Shown: positions 13,490-28,649 of the stretch, one piece after another | Numbering within the stretch: position 1 is the stretch's first letter | Layout: the number at the start of each line of letters is the position of its first letter | The notes under the pieces: generated by a model | The model's database searches: none | What the model was told of the DNA's origin: nothing | Seen by the model: the letters and a program-made list of their open reading frames with translations, nothing else | NCBI RefSeq assembly: GCF_009914755.1 | Contig: NC_060933.1 | DNA: 64,000 nucleotides | From: the human T2T-CHM13v2.0 reference genome, Homo sapiens | Reading direction: 5' to 3' (one strand) | Translations under genes and position numbers: made by a program

Positions 13490-14095
13490 ACAAAATTTGT
13501 CATGTGCTTTTTTAAATAAAATAACTTTAATCTTAATTTTTACTAAGGAAACAGGAAATGCATAAACTGTAAAAAACATGTAAATCTCCTGAAATCATAC
13601 TACAAATGATATGCATAAAATCATTTGTTTTATGTATTACATTGGGTACATAATTTATCCAAACATATATAATCAGTCACTTAAGATGTTTATGCTATTT
13701 AAATATTGTATATGCACACACATCATGTAGCTGTGCAATACTTGCTGCATAATTAACTATATAGATATAACAAACTTCCTTTTCCTATAGAGTTATAATC
13801 GGTTATTATTATGAACAATGCTGAAAAACTTATGCATATATCTGCACTATTATTCATAATTTTCTATACATATTCCTAAAAGAAGAATGGCTGGAATCAG
13901 TGGATATATATCTATTATATATCCAATATATTTAGATATATTTTTTCTAAATGCCTCACCTAAAATATTCTTACCAGTTAAAATTACACTGAACAGTTTC
14001 TGAATGGCTGTGTTTTCTCATCCTTAACAATACTAGAACTTATTCTTGTAACCTCGCGAATAGAGTAAATACAAATGGTAGCCACTTTGTATTTT
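13490..14095 (-). mobile_element. Old L1ME fragment
   Basis: tattattatgaacaatgctg...tattcctaaaagaagaatggctgg...tttctcatccttaacaatact. Confidence 0.55.
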
Positions 14096-14131
14096 AGTGA
14101 AATTATTCAAATAATACCCAAAATTAACATC

Positions 14132-14500
14132 TATCTTAGGTTGGGTTCCTTGCGAAACAGACCCTGAAATGCAGATTTGAGAGTAGGAATTTAATTGGGA
14201 AGTGCCTGCAGCAATAACTGTAGGAGATTGGGTTGGTCTGGGTAGAGACTGTAGAAACTCAATGCGGTTGACAAATGCAGTTATAAGATAGTTCTGCAGA
14301 GTACTTAGGAGCTAGCGTGGTCTTTCTGAGTTTTCTTGAATTAAGGCATGCAGATACTCAAAGTGTTTGTATATTCCCCTTTACTCAGTTCATATTTAAC
14401 CAAGGAAATGGCCACAGGTTCTTTTGGAAAAGAAATGGGGAGTCATTATCAACAACACCTGCTGAATTGCAGGGTTGCTCCTGTGAGATTATTTTTTCCT
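14132..14500 (-). mobile_element. LTR16-family ERVL LTR
   Basis: tatcttaggttgggttccttgcgaaacagaccctgaaatgcagattt matches the reverse complement of the LTR16 3' end. Confidence 0.7.
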
Positions 14501-15880
14501 TCAGTCAATGAGTTCTGGCTCCATTATGGAAACTTGGAAAGGACTGTATTTCTTTTGGGATTACTACTGTATTCTTCTGATTGTCTGTCCTTGATTTCTT
14601 TTAACTGTACAGATTGAGCAGCACCCTATTGCCTGCCCATCAATCTTGCCCCTAAGAACACTACCTTCTCTTAACATCTCCATAGGTGTTTGCGGGTTAG
14701 GCTTTGCTGAATATCATTCAAAACTTGCTGCTCATTACATTTGGGTCCACTTTGCTTATCAGAGCTAAGCAACACCACTTTGCCTCTGTATTTTCTCAAT
14801 TCTATCATTTCCATCCCTATCAGTGAGCCAGAATTTTCATATTCAAGTTTTTTTCTCATGTATGAATGTTGCTAACCTAAGATTAAGTCCTTTAACCTTT
14901 CTATGCTATAGGCTTCTCTTTGGTAAAATAAAAGTAAAATGTTTTATTTCAATCTCATAATCTTGATTCCAGGACAAAATGAATGAATTAAAATGTGTGA
15001 TGTATTTCATAATATTGCAGTTTTAAACAAATATAGCATTGTCTTTTTATTCCTTTTTATAAAACCATTCAATCTTCACATTATACTGCTAATACCTCAA
15101 AATATCCTGTCTTAAAATGTTGGAAAAATCACATTTTCCTTTACCATAACTCCCTGTTTGCAAGAATTCACCGTTACAAATTTGCATCCAGAACAAAAAT
15201 GATTTTCCTTCTAGCCGTTATAGAATATAATACTTAAAACACTGTAGATCAAGATACTTAAAATATGACATGGAATCAAGGAACAAGACAGGACCCCAGA
15301 ATTTCAGTGTAAAGAATAATTTGACTGAAAGAGCATTTCTGAGAACTGACAGATGACCATGTTCACTGTCTATGGAAACACATTGAGAGATGAGCACATT
15401 CCACGCATGTGTCTAGGGCAGAGTGTAATTTTACATTCTAGGACCCAGAGGCCTAATGGAAGAATCATCACTTCTCTTCCTTTGCCCCAATTATTATTAT
15501 ATACCTTCCCCTATCGGGTAGCTCCTAATTTGTCAATTATTTTGCTGCTGTTGATCATTTGATCATTTTTAATTGGTTGTTTTATTATAATACCAGAAAA
15601 ATTAATATCACATCTACCACAACAAAACAGTTTCATGGGTGTAAAGTTAATTTCCAAAACAAACATCTCCAGTCTCACTATGAAAAGTCTTTAAAAAGGC
15701 AAAGAGCTTTGTAGTAATTTGTGTTTTCGGGATTCTGAATAGTAGTTTTCTTTTAATACAGATTTCTTTTGTTTTTATATTTTAAATACTTATCTACACC
15801 AAATTTTAGAAACAATATAATGGAGAGAGGTATATATCACCAATATTTAATAGATTTTAATATTTTGCCACATTTGCTTT

Positions 15881-16224
<344 letters not shown>

Positions 16225-17775
16225 TGAAATGTCATATTAATATACCATTTATGTAGTTTAAAATTTTTGCATTTTCTTATAGAGGCTTGGCTTCAAACTA
16301 TATAGAATAATTTGACCATAATCTATTTAGTAAACCAGATAAATTTTTATCTTGCCTAAGAGGCGTTTTCTCTTGAAATCTGAAGCTTTTATGATCTTTT
16401 CAAAGTTATAACTATAATTGACACTTTTCTCAAGTTAAAATTCTTACAGTATTGTAGCCTTTTAAAAAATGAAATTAATACCTGGTAAGCTGACAACAAA
16501 TTTTTGTCATAGATTTTTGAAAATGAGTGGATTATCCTGTATTATATTCTTGATTGGATGGGTTAACGATTTATTCAGAATTATTGAGAGTTTGGCAAGG
16601 ACCAACAAAATAAATGAATGAAAAGGAATCTATTATGGCAATTGTAATTAGAGCATATGTATGTATTCCTCTTTTTCATTCTGCATACTTGTCAACTTTA
16701 GAAAAGCCATTGAATAAAACTGAATATTAAATTTGGAAGTGTGAACCATTTGACAACTTGAAAATAAAAGCATAAAATTTGGGATAAGCTATTGAACATC
16801 AGAAATAAAAATACAAATTGTTATTAACATACTATTATGCAGGGATTCCAATTTCAAGAAGCAAGACTAAGAGCCACATTTTAATAATTAAAATTTTCCT
16901 GGGTTTCCTTAATAGACTTACTCTGTGAGCAGTCAAAGCTGCCATACCTATAGATGGCGAGGTTCAATTTTCCACTTTTTGTGTTGCAAAACCACAACAA
17001 AGTCAAATTTTGAATTATCTACAAATCGGTTTTAAGGTTTGAATTACTCTCCAAACTATATCAATCATTCCACGTTTTATGTACGGTAACTAATAAGTAT
17101 GGTAGTGAACTTTATTAAAATTTGCAAAAAGTATGTCAGAAGGCCATGAGCAAATAGGAAGAAAGGTTTAAAAAACCTAGGTAGAATGCTAGGTGGTTGA
17201 TAGATTGGAGGGACAAAAATTTCACCAAGCCAAAAACAAAAAACACGTACAGAGAAAATATATTTAATCAATATTTTGTTGGAATAACTGGATAACAATT
17301 AGAAAAATAGACAAAGAAATACAAATAGACTTTTAAATAATTTATGTATAGTTTGTAATTATACGCATTTGTTTTCTAATGAAAAATATTGAAGACTTAT
17401 CAGATCTGTGGAGCCATGACAATATCCTCATATTTTCTATAATGAAAAAGAATATTACTGTGCATATATACTTAAAATGATTTTTAGAATGAAAGGTAAG
17501 AAAACAATCAAAAGAAGAGTAAGCAAGAAACATATTTGCACCTAAATGTTATGGAAAATATATGAAATCTCAGTCAAAGTGAAAAGTAAAAAGGAACTGA
17601 ATGATCAAGTGAAAAATAAAATAGATTCAATAATAAATATGTCTCACTCAGAGTTGGTGGTATTAAAAATCGGTAAAAAACCACCAGAAAGCAATATGGC
17701 AATATTAAGTTTTAATCATGCAATGTAGTAAACAGCTTATATCTACTCGTTCTGATAATAAAAATGTATTCTAGT

Positions 17776-18094
<319 letters not shown>

Positions 18095-18274
18095 TTAATA
18101 GACTTTTAATATATATCCAAATGTATTTTTGTACTATATATAAAGGGAGGTAATTGCTTTTGTAGCATTTATAGTAGGTTTTATATAATCTATATGCCTT
18201 ATGATGGTAAAATAATTTTTAAAAACAGGTAATAGTGTGGAAAATTATATAGTTTTTAAAATTAAAATCAGTTA

Positions 18275-19520
18275 CTTTCATTTTCAGCCAAGATGAAGTA
18301 ATTGAACTGGATTTAATTTTCAGTCTAAAACATTTTTCTTCTGCCTATCTACACTGAAAGAAGTGTTAAATCTTTCAGGGAAGATAAAAATGGAAATACC
18401 CAATAGAAATAAGGATCTACACAAAGGAAAGAAATACGTAGTAGTTACACTGGTTAATATGTTACTTTTTCTAATTTAAATTTCCTTAAGAGATAACTAC
18501 TTAAACTTAGTAACAATATATTATTTTATAACATGCAATAGTATGCTGAACAATAATAAGCATAAAGATTGGGTGAGGAGAAATGTTTAAGTGTACTATT
18601 GTAAGTTTCTCATACGATATGTGTAGCGATATAATATCACTTAAACATAGTGATAAATAAAAAGTATACATCAAAAACAAACAATAAAACAGCAAGCAAT
18701 AAAAAATTATAGCCAATTTGCTAACAAGAGGATATAATGGAATCGTAAAAATAATGAAAAAAGAGTAAAACAAAAAAGGGAAACAAAAAACAAATGGAAA
18801 ATATACAACATAGTGAGATAAACCAAAATATGTCAATTTTCATATTAAATATAGAAGTAAATAAAAAGTCAAATGTTGTAAATAGATAAAAAGCAAGACT
18901 GAATTATATGCTTCCCACAAGAAACAGTCTGTAAATGAGAACTGAGTTAAAACTAAAATGATAATAAAAGCCAAATACAATGCTAATACTATTAAAAAAA
19001 TTGACACACTATACAAAGTAAAGTTTGGAACAAATATATTACTAAGGATAGAGAAGTCTATTTTAGAATGACAAAAAGTTTATCAATAAGACATTATAAA
19101 CATTTATGAACTTCAAGCACATGAAACAAAATCTAATAAAATTTCAGGAAGAAGTAGACAAAGCTACAATTTTAGTTCAAAATTTTAATTCTTTGCTCTC
19201 AATAATTGAGAAAACAATTAGAAAGAAAACGAGAATATAGAATATTTGAAGAATGCTATCAACTAATTGACATTTATAGAACACTGGAACCAAATATAGC
19301 AGAATATACATTATTTTGAAGAGCACATTTTCCAAGAGAAGATACATTTTGTGTTATACAACAAGTATCAATGAATTAGAAATGATTCAGTTCCCAAGTA
19401 TGTTCTTTGACCACGGTGGACTCAAAATAGCAGTCATTATTTGAAAGAAAATCTTCCAAATATTTGTAAACAAAATAGCACAATTCTTAACAATACATGC
19501 ATCACTGAAGAAGCACTAGA
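18275..19520 (+). mobile_element. Old L1M (L1MC/MD-like) 5', inter-ORF and ORF2 endonuclease remnants
   Basis: A-rich L1 sequence: gataaaaagcaagactgaattatatgc, gacatttatagaacact, gcagaatatacatt, cacaattcttaacaatacatg. Confidence 0.75.
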
Positions 19521-19529
19521 GTGCCCTGT

Positions 19530-21931
19530 ATATCGAAAATACAAAACAAATTTAATTTTTTATTTGTCTAGTAAATTATACCTAGGCACCTCCATCACTC
19601 AACATCTTGCAGTCAGCACTGTCAGAACTCCTCTCATGACCTCAAATTTTCTGTTAAAGATAGCAGTTGTCCAGGTACTAGTAAAACGGTTCCACAACCT
19701 CATTTGCTCAATGCCCTCAAAACAAAAGACAACTTCACTAAAGTATCACGAAGACAACTTCACTAAAATATCAGCTTGTGCTGCTGTAGTTTACGTTGTG
19801 GAAGTACATTTCAAAGTGCACTTTCTTCTAAGATTATAATATGAAGTATCATTTTCCAGTATTGCCATATTCCTGCTTCTTTCCATATTTCTATTTGCTA
19901 TTGGTTCTAAAGCTACTTGTGAATTAGCATAATATTTGTAATAGTGTTTATTGAGAGCTAAAGAACCTTTTGCAATCTGAAAAACTTTACATTATGAATT
20001 TGTACACTTATTGGCATAAAGGCAATGTGCAAAGTGTAATACTAGTTTTTACTTGCACAGGAAATAGGATTCATACCATTAATTATAGGGTCTTGGAAAA
20101 AGGTTGAATAAATGGCAAGCAATACACAATACGATGAAGACATAAGTACCGATATGGGACTTTGGTAATACATTCTTTAAAAAATCATATTATGTGCTCA
20201 ATATTTCACCAAACATATTTTTGCATTGATGGCAGTAACAGCAAAATTTTTCAAACTTTTAAATACAGTGGAAGGCTGAGAAAGAAAAAGTGTACAAGAC
20301 ACAATTTTGTCAAAAAAATCCATAAGAATTTTATGCCCTCCATAGAAAATAAATTGAAGTTTTACTAAGAGATATCCTGGTCTCAACTGTGCCAATAGCA
20401 ATTATATCCTTTGGAACAACTTAAAGATAATATTCAGTAATTGCTGTATCTTCCCAAAGATGAAACGTATTGATGAAACATCAAATTTGACCTTACAACT
20501 ACTCTTGGGCACACTATGGAAATTCAAATGAATACTATCAAATAATTTAGTTTTATATTAATCACTTTATAAAATGCTGTACCAAAAGAATTAAAAGAAA
20601 ATCCTCAAAAAAGAAGCAAATTATGTTCTTTGACAGAAAAATTGAATTATTTTGAATTTGCAATATCCATAGTCTTTGGTATGAGCTGTTGTTGCAATTA
20701 ATGCTGTGAGAAAAAACCCTTAAAATAATGGTAACAAACATAGTTTTTTTTTAATTTCACTTTTTAAAAAGGATTAAATGCACAAATTTTAGCAAGACCT
20801 GTTGAATCAAAACAAATTTTATATGAAATATAAAATATAAATTTCAATTTATATAAGGAAATTATAACAAAAGCAAAAATGTTTGTATAATTAAGAAGAA
20901 TATTCAGGTATAAATGTTAAAAATAAATCTATGATAACATATTTTTTGTCCATTGAAGATCATAGGTATACTTTCAATTGAGAAGACATGTAAATAATTC
21001 TTGCAGTATAACACTATCTTTAATTTTCTTTATAATTTTCACTTTGAAAACATGGAGAGAGATATTAATTAATATTGTCAGCATATACTAGATGTTTCTT
21101 CAGGAGACAGTAAATATGTTGAAATAGGTTATAGTGATTCTTATATTGATAACATTAAAATATTTTAAAATAGTTTATGAAAATAACAGTTTATTTGTAA
21201 TATCACATAATATTCAAAAGTATTGTCTAGGTAAAAATGTGTCAAATTTTGTGAAAATCTTGGTTATATGTTAATATTAACGATTTTGCTATAATGCAAG
21301 TACTTTTATTTTAAAAAAACCCAAAATATTATTTACATTTTAATTGTATTCATGTAAACATCACAGACTTATCAGCAGATCCTCCAGATTGGAGTCATAG
21401 TAAATAAATTTATTCTTAGATATTTATCAATCATATCAAATAAAACCATATCTCTACCTGTACTTTTCTTTTTAAATTAATAATATTTTAGTTGTAGTAC
21501 ATTGTGAGCATGGTTTTCAATTTTATTGTTATGTATTCTTTATGTTTATTGAAGTATGTTTGATAAATAAAATTGTATATAAGGTGCACAGCTTTTGATA
21601 TGCACATATATTGTGAAATAATCACTACAATTCATGCTAATTAAGAAGCCCATCACCTCAAATAGTTATTATTTTCCTTATTTTTGTGGTGAAAACACTT
21701 AAGATCTATTCTGTTTGGAAAATTCGAGTATACAATACAGTATTGTTAACTATATTCACCTTGCTGTACCTCACATCTCCAAAGCCTCTTCATCTCATAT
21801 AACTAAATTTGCACTTTGGCCAACATCTCCCTATTGTCTCCTCCCCTCATCCCCTAGCTACACGGGGTATGTAAGTCTCCATTTATACTCTTGTCTAGGG
21901 TCCTGCAAATGATAGGCATGGGGTGCCCCTG
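19530..21931 (+). mobile_element. hAT-Tip100 (Zaphod-like) DNA transposon relic with decayed transposase
   Basis: 20458-20530 translates as R*NVLMK/SNLTLQLLLGTLW (hAT RW...LTLKPL..TRW box); 21244-21300 gives KFCENLGY..INDFA (hAT C-terminal dimerisation end); Tip100-type terminus gggtcctgcaaatgatagg...cccctg ends at 21931. Confidence 0.65.
21543..21857 (-). mobile_element. L1MA8/9-like 3' end nested in the hAT relic
   Basis: tattgtgaaataatcactacaa...aacacttaagatctattct...tatacaatacagtattgttaactata. Confidence 0.85.
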
Positions 21932-23599
21932 ATGACCCATGTTGGACTTGTACCATGCATAAGTAATCATCAACAACAATAGTAGCAGCAAAAGAAACAT
22001 TTATTGTATTAAGCCTCTGGGGTATGGGGACACTTTATATAGCCCGTTCTGATTAAAATGATGACCATGGTTGCTATTTTAATTGATGTATTGATATCTT
22101 TATGAATGACCATACTGTATATTCTCTGAACTTCCCAGAAAGCCCAGTACAAATTTAGAACTTTGTGATATCTTTAAATTCCACACTAGTATTTGGCAGC
22201 TGCCAGCCCCTATCTGCAGCTCATTAGGCTTTTTCTGCTCCACCCTGGTTCTTACACACATGGTGGGGCATTTTGTACACCCCTGAGACATAGAGTGGCT
22301 GGCATCACCTGTGTAGTTCTCTCTGGAAAAACAACAACAGCAAAAAACTCCAGGAAAGGTTGAGCATTGTTTGTGTATTTTAGGCCCTTTTCGCCAAAGA
22401 AATCTAGGATTCATGAAACCCCAACCAACAGCTGGAGGATGTGGGCTCTGAGTGAGCAAGTTCCCTTGGTTCTCAGTAACCTTCATCCTGTGGAGAGAAA
22501 GAAGTGGAGCTGGGGAGATGAGGAAGGAGGAAGCTGAGTTCATTCCTCAGAAGCTCCAGACCCAGGGCCAGGTTCCCTTTTGCTAGGTCTCAGGGCAGTT
22601 CTCCTGCCAGGAACTGTACTAGGAAAGGAGATACAGAGCTAAAATGCACATTTCAAGATGTCAGAGGAACTTACATTTTAGTGTGATTAATACTGGAAGG
22701 TTTACATGATTTAATATTTTCTGAACTGTAGGTTAACTATTGGAAGTACAATCATGAAAATGAAAACATTTTAATAAAAATGATAGTATTATTAAGTATA
22801 AATTATTGTTGTTATTGCTGTTCTTAGGTCACTTATGTGTGTCATTAACTTTTATCTTTGAAATTATTTTCTGAATTAGAAATTAATTTAAAAATGTTTA
22901 AAAAAATACCAGGTATGACACTCAATGGAATTTAAAAGATTAATGTAGGTCTTGAATGAAGGTAGGGTTTGGGGTTGAAAGAAATTAGAAATGATCTACT
23001 CTTGCATTTAAAATATAAATTTAAACGGAATGAATATGTTTCCTGCAGAATGGAAGACGTTAGCATTTTTCAGATTAATCTTGTACTCAACATTGACTTT
23101 TCCCCACTTTATGAGTTAGCCTTCTTCCATTCTTTCATATTTATCTTTCACACCACCTCACACTCATCTTAGTTTGGTTTTCCATATACAGCTATTTTGT
23201 TTCATAATTCTGCTAACTTGCGTTAAGATATTCCTTTAGACTGGTGCATTTGCCTGAATATACACCTACTCTTATATTTAAAATGTTGAGGTAATAAGTT
23301 TTAGGGAAACCCAACTGAGATATCCAACCCACTCTGTGTGATATTTGCATTTTATTCTGGGTGTATCTATAATAATCTCTTCAGAAAGTGGAATCTATAC
23401 TCCCACATGAGCAGAGAGTGCTACATTTTTTAATAACTTCCTTAGGGTTTTCATTTTTACTATGATGGTTTCAAAGATTACAGTATAATTTAGGGAGGAG
23501 AAAATGTTAAAATTTTTGCCAGTGAGTGTAAAACTATTATTACATTCTTTTGTCAGTCTTTTGTACTTTGATTTCCATATTTAAACACAGGTAAGCTTC

Positions 23600-23775
23600 T
23601 GAAACTAATATGCAAGGCAAAATATGTATACCTTGGTTTTCTCATTTATGTAATAAAGATAATTACAGTACTAAAATTATAGTTTTGTGGTGAGGATTAA
23701 ATGAAATTCTAGTCCCTGTCACATAGAATTCCTGGTTCAGGGCAAGTATTCAATGCATTTTTGTTTTTATTACTA
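23600..23775 (+). mobile_element. MIR
   Basis: ccttggttttctcatttatgtaataaagataatt...gtgaggattaaatga. Confidence 0.65.
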
Positions 23776-24665
23776 TTACTGCTAGACAGTGACTGTAATA
23801 ATAGACAATAATATGTAAGGTCTATTAGATTGGCTATTTGAAGGTTGATCATCAATTGGCATGTCAGATCCCCTTATAAACAAATTGATTTGGTCATTAC
23901 ATTGAATTATGCCAATAAAGCAGTTGGTTAAAATTGAAATTTAACAAATAAATCATTGATAGATTACTCAGTAATTAGTTTCTTTCATGACTTAAAAATA
24001 AAATCTAACCATTTTGAGTGAATTCATTTAGGCCCTACTACTCATATACAAAGCAATTTTATAAGGGAAGTGAATGCAATAGAACAATAAAACACCTGAC
24101 TTGAAAATATTGCAATAACTCAAATATTCCTTATATTATTAAAACATTTTTCCTTCACCATTTTAATACTGCCTTTTTGTCTTTTACATCTATCTTATTT
24201 TTAATTTATCTTATTCTTCTGGTGGTTAATTTTCCATCTGCCCCATTTTTGAGCCAAGTCTCTCAGGCTGTGGGTCCATTTCTTAATTTCAATTCTGGTT
24301 TCTATCAAGTCTTAGTTATTTCTTAGGTAAAATTTTATTAGTTCACTAATACAAACATATTAGAATTCTCAAAAAATCTACTCATATGCAACTATAGAAA
24401 AATTTTATAAGAACAGTGGGATTTCATGGAGATTAGTATATTTTAAATTCATTCTGAAAATTATCAAATATGCATAAAAGTAAAGAGAATAGAATATTAA
24501 GCTTTCTGTACATAACACACAGGCATGACAATTAATTGGCACTTGGCCATTCTTCCAAGACATGAATATTTTAATAAATATGTGTAATAAAAAATATATT
24601 TTCTGTCTGTCCGTCCATCCATCCATTCATCTATCGATCTATCAAAAGGGGGAAAAAGTGAAAGT

Positions 24666-24668
<3 letters not shown>

Positions 24669-24710
<42 letters not shown>

Positions 24711-24711
24711 G
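24669..24711. repeat. (AG)n microsatellite
   Basis: AG run with one interruption. Confidence 0.95.
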
Positions 24712-25639
24712 AAGAGTCTCTATGGCCCAGAAGTATTTAAAATTAATTAGTGTATCTTTTTTATTTCTTTTAGGAACTCTGTAAAAATTAATTTAACAGT
24801 GATGAGCTGACCACTGATGAAAAGTAACACAAACTAATAACTGCTCTATGGCCTTGAGTACCTATGAATTATGTAGTTAATCTTCTACACATATTGAACA
24901 TATGATTTGTAGGTGTCTCTAGTTAGTGTCTAATTTTCAACCCACTTACTTCCTTGAGCTGGTAAAAAAAAAAAGTTCATGTGCAACCAAATGAGGAGGA
25001 AAAATAAGTCTCTCCATCTGTGTCTAGAAGATATACTTATTTTTTTCTTTTTCAATATGAAGAGCCTTTGGTGGGGAAAATCTGTTTTATTTCTACAGGC
25101 AGATAAATGGTGTATATCCAATCTATGTTCATACAAAAATGACATTATTCTCACTTTTCTTCAATCTCTATATCTAATCAAATATCAAAAAATCTTTCAG
25201 ATAATAGCTTTCATACATATTCTAAAATAGTCTTGCGATAAATAGATATAAGTCAAGTTTGGCATAGTTCCTTCTATCTTCCAATTGGCTGCCTTGTTTT
25301 CTCTTACTGGGATCAAGTAGTTATTGTTTATGTACGTCAATGGACTTAGATAATTGGGGCTGACTTTTGGTAATTTTTGCCTGCCATAGCATTAAGCAGC
25401 AGTACAAATTCCACAGGAAATCACACATTTTCCCTTCTACCATTTGTGTGACGCTAAAACCTTTTAACGTACGTCCATTAGAATTCTGCTAATGAACTGG
25501 TTCTCTAATTATAACAAATAGATACGTTCATTCGATTGTTTAAAGGAAGAAAGCACACATGAAAAGTCATAGCAATCACTATCCAAAAACACCTTCAAGG
25601 TAAGTGGACCTATAACAAAAACAGGATACTAAAATTGTT

Positions 25640-27365
25640 AAAAATATAGATGGTATTTCCTCCTAAGATTAGAAAAAAGGCAAGAATATCAACTCTCACT
25701 ACTCCTACACTAAAAGTTTTAGTCAGTGCAATGAAGGAAGGAAGAAAATATTTTTAGAGTCAGACATATTGAAAAGGAAGAAATAAAACTGTACCCATTT
25801 ACAGACAACAAAATGTCTACGAAGAAAATCTTAAGAAATTAAAAAAAATCCTGTATGAACTGATAAGTGAGTTTAGCAAAGTTATAGGATACAGGTCAAC
25901 ACACAATCATATTTCTATATGTTAGCAATGTACAACTGAAAAAAAAAGTAGAATACTATTTACTGCAACCAAAATGAAATACTTATATATCTAATAAAAT
26001 GTGTCTAATAAAACGTGGTAAAAGGTACACAGTTCTGATCATGGACATCAAAAGAGATCTAATTAAAAGGAACGTCCTATCATTCTCATGAATTGGAGAC
26101 TCAACATGAAAAAGATGTTAATTCTCCTGAAATTGATCTACAGATTTAATGTAAAGCCCATAAAAACCCCAAGGGAACTTTGGTAGATATAGACGAACTG
26201 ATTCTAAAATGCATATAGAAGGTCAAAGGAATGAAAATAAATATAAAAAACTTTTAAAAAGAATAAATTTGGAGGAATAACTACTTAAGTATTACTATAA
26301 AGCTACAATAATTAAAAGTGTGTTTTAACAAAGGGTTAGATGCATAGATAACAGAACAAAATGGAATCTAGAAATAGACCCACACAAACATGGCCTTTGA
26401 TCTTTGACAAAGTTGCTGAATAGATTTAATGGAAAATTGGAAGATGGCGTCAAGATGATTATATTTAAAATAAAAAGGAAAAGAAAGAAACTCAAATATT
26501 TCTTCTCATACAAAAATTTACTTAAAATGGATCACAAATATAAATGAAAAATACAGAACTGTAAAACTTTTCAAAGAGAATGTACAAGAAATCTTGTGTT
26601 AGGTAGAGCTTTTAGGTGTGACATTGAAAGCACAATTCATAAGAAAAGAAAAAAAGTCATAACTGAATAGCATCAGAATTAAAACTTTTGCTCTCTGAAA
26701 AACACTATTGAGGGAATTAAGAGACAATCTATGAACTTGGATACAATATTTGCATTTTACAAATTCAACAAAGGACTTAAGTCCAGACTAAATAAGAAAT
26801 GATCAAATCTCAACAATAAAAACATAACACTTAAAAATGGGTTAAAGGACTTGAACCTACACTTCACAAAAAAGTAGATATAAGAATGGAAAAGAAGTAC
26901 ATAAAAAAGGTAAAATATAACTAGCCATTAGAAAAATGCAAATTAAAACCTTGGTGTTCTTCCAAGAGAAATGAAACTTTTGATCACACAAAAGCTACAC
27001 ATGAATGTTTATATTACTAGCAACTGTATGCAAAATTATGCCAAATAGAACTCACCCAGATGTTCTTCAACAGGTGAATGGATAAACTGTGGTACATCCG
27101 TACAACACAAAGGAAGAAACTAATGATACACACAACAATTTTTATGACATTAAGATCTTTCTTCAGAGTGAAAAACACCAAAAGTTTACATATTTAATAC
27201 ATTCATTCTAGAAAATACAAAATTGTAGTGATGACGAACAGATGAATGGCACTCAACATAGGGATTCTGGGGAGGATGTGACTATTAAAGGATTGCAGAA
27301 GGGAGTGTTTTCGGTTAATGAAATAGTTTTGTATCTTGACTTATGGTGGCAACATGAATCTCTCT
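25640..27365 (+). mobile_element. Old L1M (MD/ME-like) ORF2 3' part and 3'UTR
   Basis: ttcctcctaagattagaaaaaaggcaagaatatc, aaattgatctacagatttaatg, ctagaaatagacccacacaa. The 3'UTR resumes at about 28650-28712 after a nested L1PA. Confidence 0.88.
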
Positions 27366-28649
27366 AACTCCAACTAACTATCTGGTCATTAACAAACCTG
27401 ACAAACACAAGCAATGGGGAAAGGATTCCCTATTCAATAAATGGTGCTGGGATAACTGACTAGTGACATGCAGAAGATTAAAACTGGACCCTTATACCAT
27501 GTACAAAAATTAAGTCAAGATGGGTTAAAGATTGAAATGTAAAACCCAAAACTATAAAAACCCTTGAAGACAACCTAGGCAATATCACTTAGGACATAGG
27601 AATGGGCAAAGATTTCATGACAAAGATACCAAAAGCAATTGCAACAAAAGCAAATAATGGACAAATGGGATGTAATTAAATGAAAGAGCTTTTGCACAGC
27701 AAAAGAAACCACCAGCAGAGTAAACAGACAACCTACAGAGTAGGAGAAAACTTTTGGAAACTATGCATCTGACAAAGGTCTAATATCCAGAATCCATAAG
27801 GAACTTAAGCAAATTTACAAGAAACAAAGGACCTCATTTAAAAATGGGCAAAGGACACTTTTCAAAGGAAGACATACATGCGGCCAACAATCATATGAAA
27901 AGAAGCTCAGTATCACTGATCATTAGAGAAATGTAAATCAAAACCACAATGAGATACCATCTCTCACAGCAGTCAGAATGGCTATTATGAAAAAGTCAAA
28001 AAATAACAGATGCTGGCGAGTTTGTGGAGGAAAAGGAATCCTTATACACTGTAGGTGGGAGTGTAAATTAGTTCAACCATTGTAGAAGGCAGTGTGGCGA
28101 TTCCTCAAAGACCTAAAGACAAATACAATTTGACCTTGCAATTTCATTACTGAGATATACCCAAAGAAATATAAATTGTTCGATAATAAAGAAACATGAA
28201 CGCATATGTTCATCGCAGCACTATTCACAATAGCAAAGACTTGGAATCATCCTAAATGCTCATCAGTGATAGACTGCATAACAAAAACATGGTACATATA
28301 CATCATGGAATATTATGCAGCCATAAAAAAGAGATCATGTCCTTTGCAGCAACATGGATGTTGCTGGAGACCATTGGTCTTAGCAAACTAATGCAGGAAC
28401 TGAAAGTACCACATGTTCTCACTCATAAGCAGGAGCTAAATGATGAGAACACACGGACACATCGAAGGGAACAATACACACTGCAGCCTATCAGAGAGTG
28501 AAGGGTGGGAAGAGGGAGGGGATAGGAAAAATAACTAATAGATACTAGGCTTAATACCTGGGTGATGAAATAATCTCTACAACAAACCCCCATGACACAA
28601 GTAAACCTATGTAATGAACCTGCATATGTACCCCTGAACTTAAAAGTTC
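27366..28649 (+). mobile_element. L1PA (PA13-16-like), 5'-truncated, nested in an older L1 3'UTR
   Basis: aagcaatggggaaaggattccctattcaataaatggtgctggg...cccatgacacaag...gtacccctgaacttaaaag. Confidence 0.93.

Noticed and set aside
19441-19839. 132-aa ORF
   Set aside because: It spans an L1/hAT junction, starts at TTG and gives no coherent protein.
22100-22543. 147-aa minus-strand ORF in a GC-richer patch
   Set aside because: No recognisable domain or splice context. It is probably a decayed ERVL-type LTR that I could not assign.
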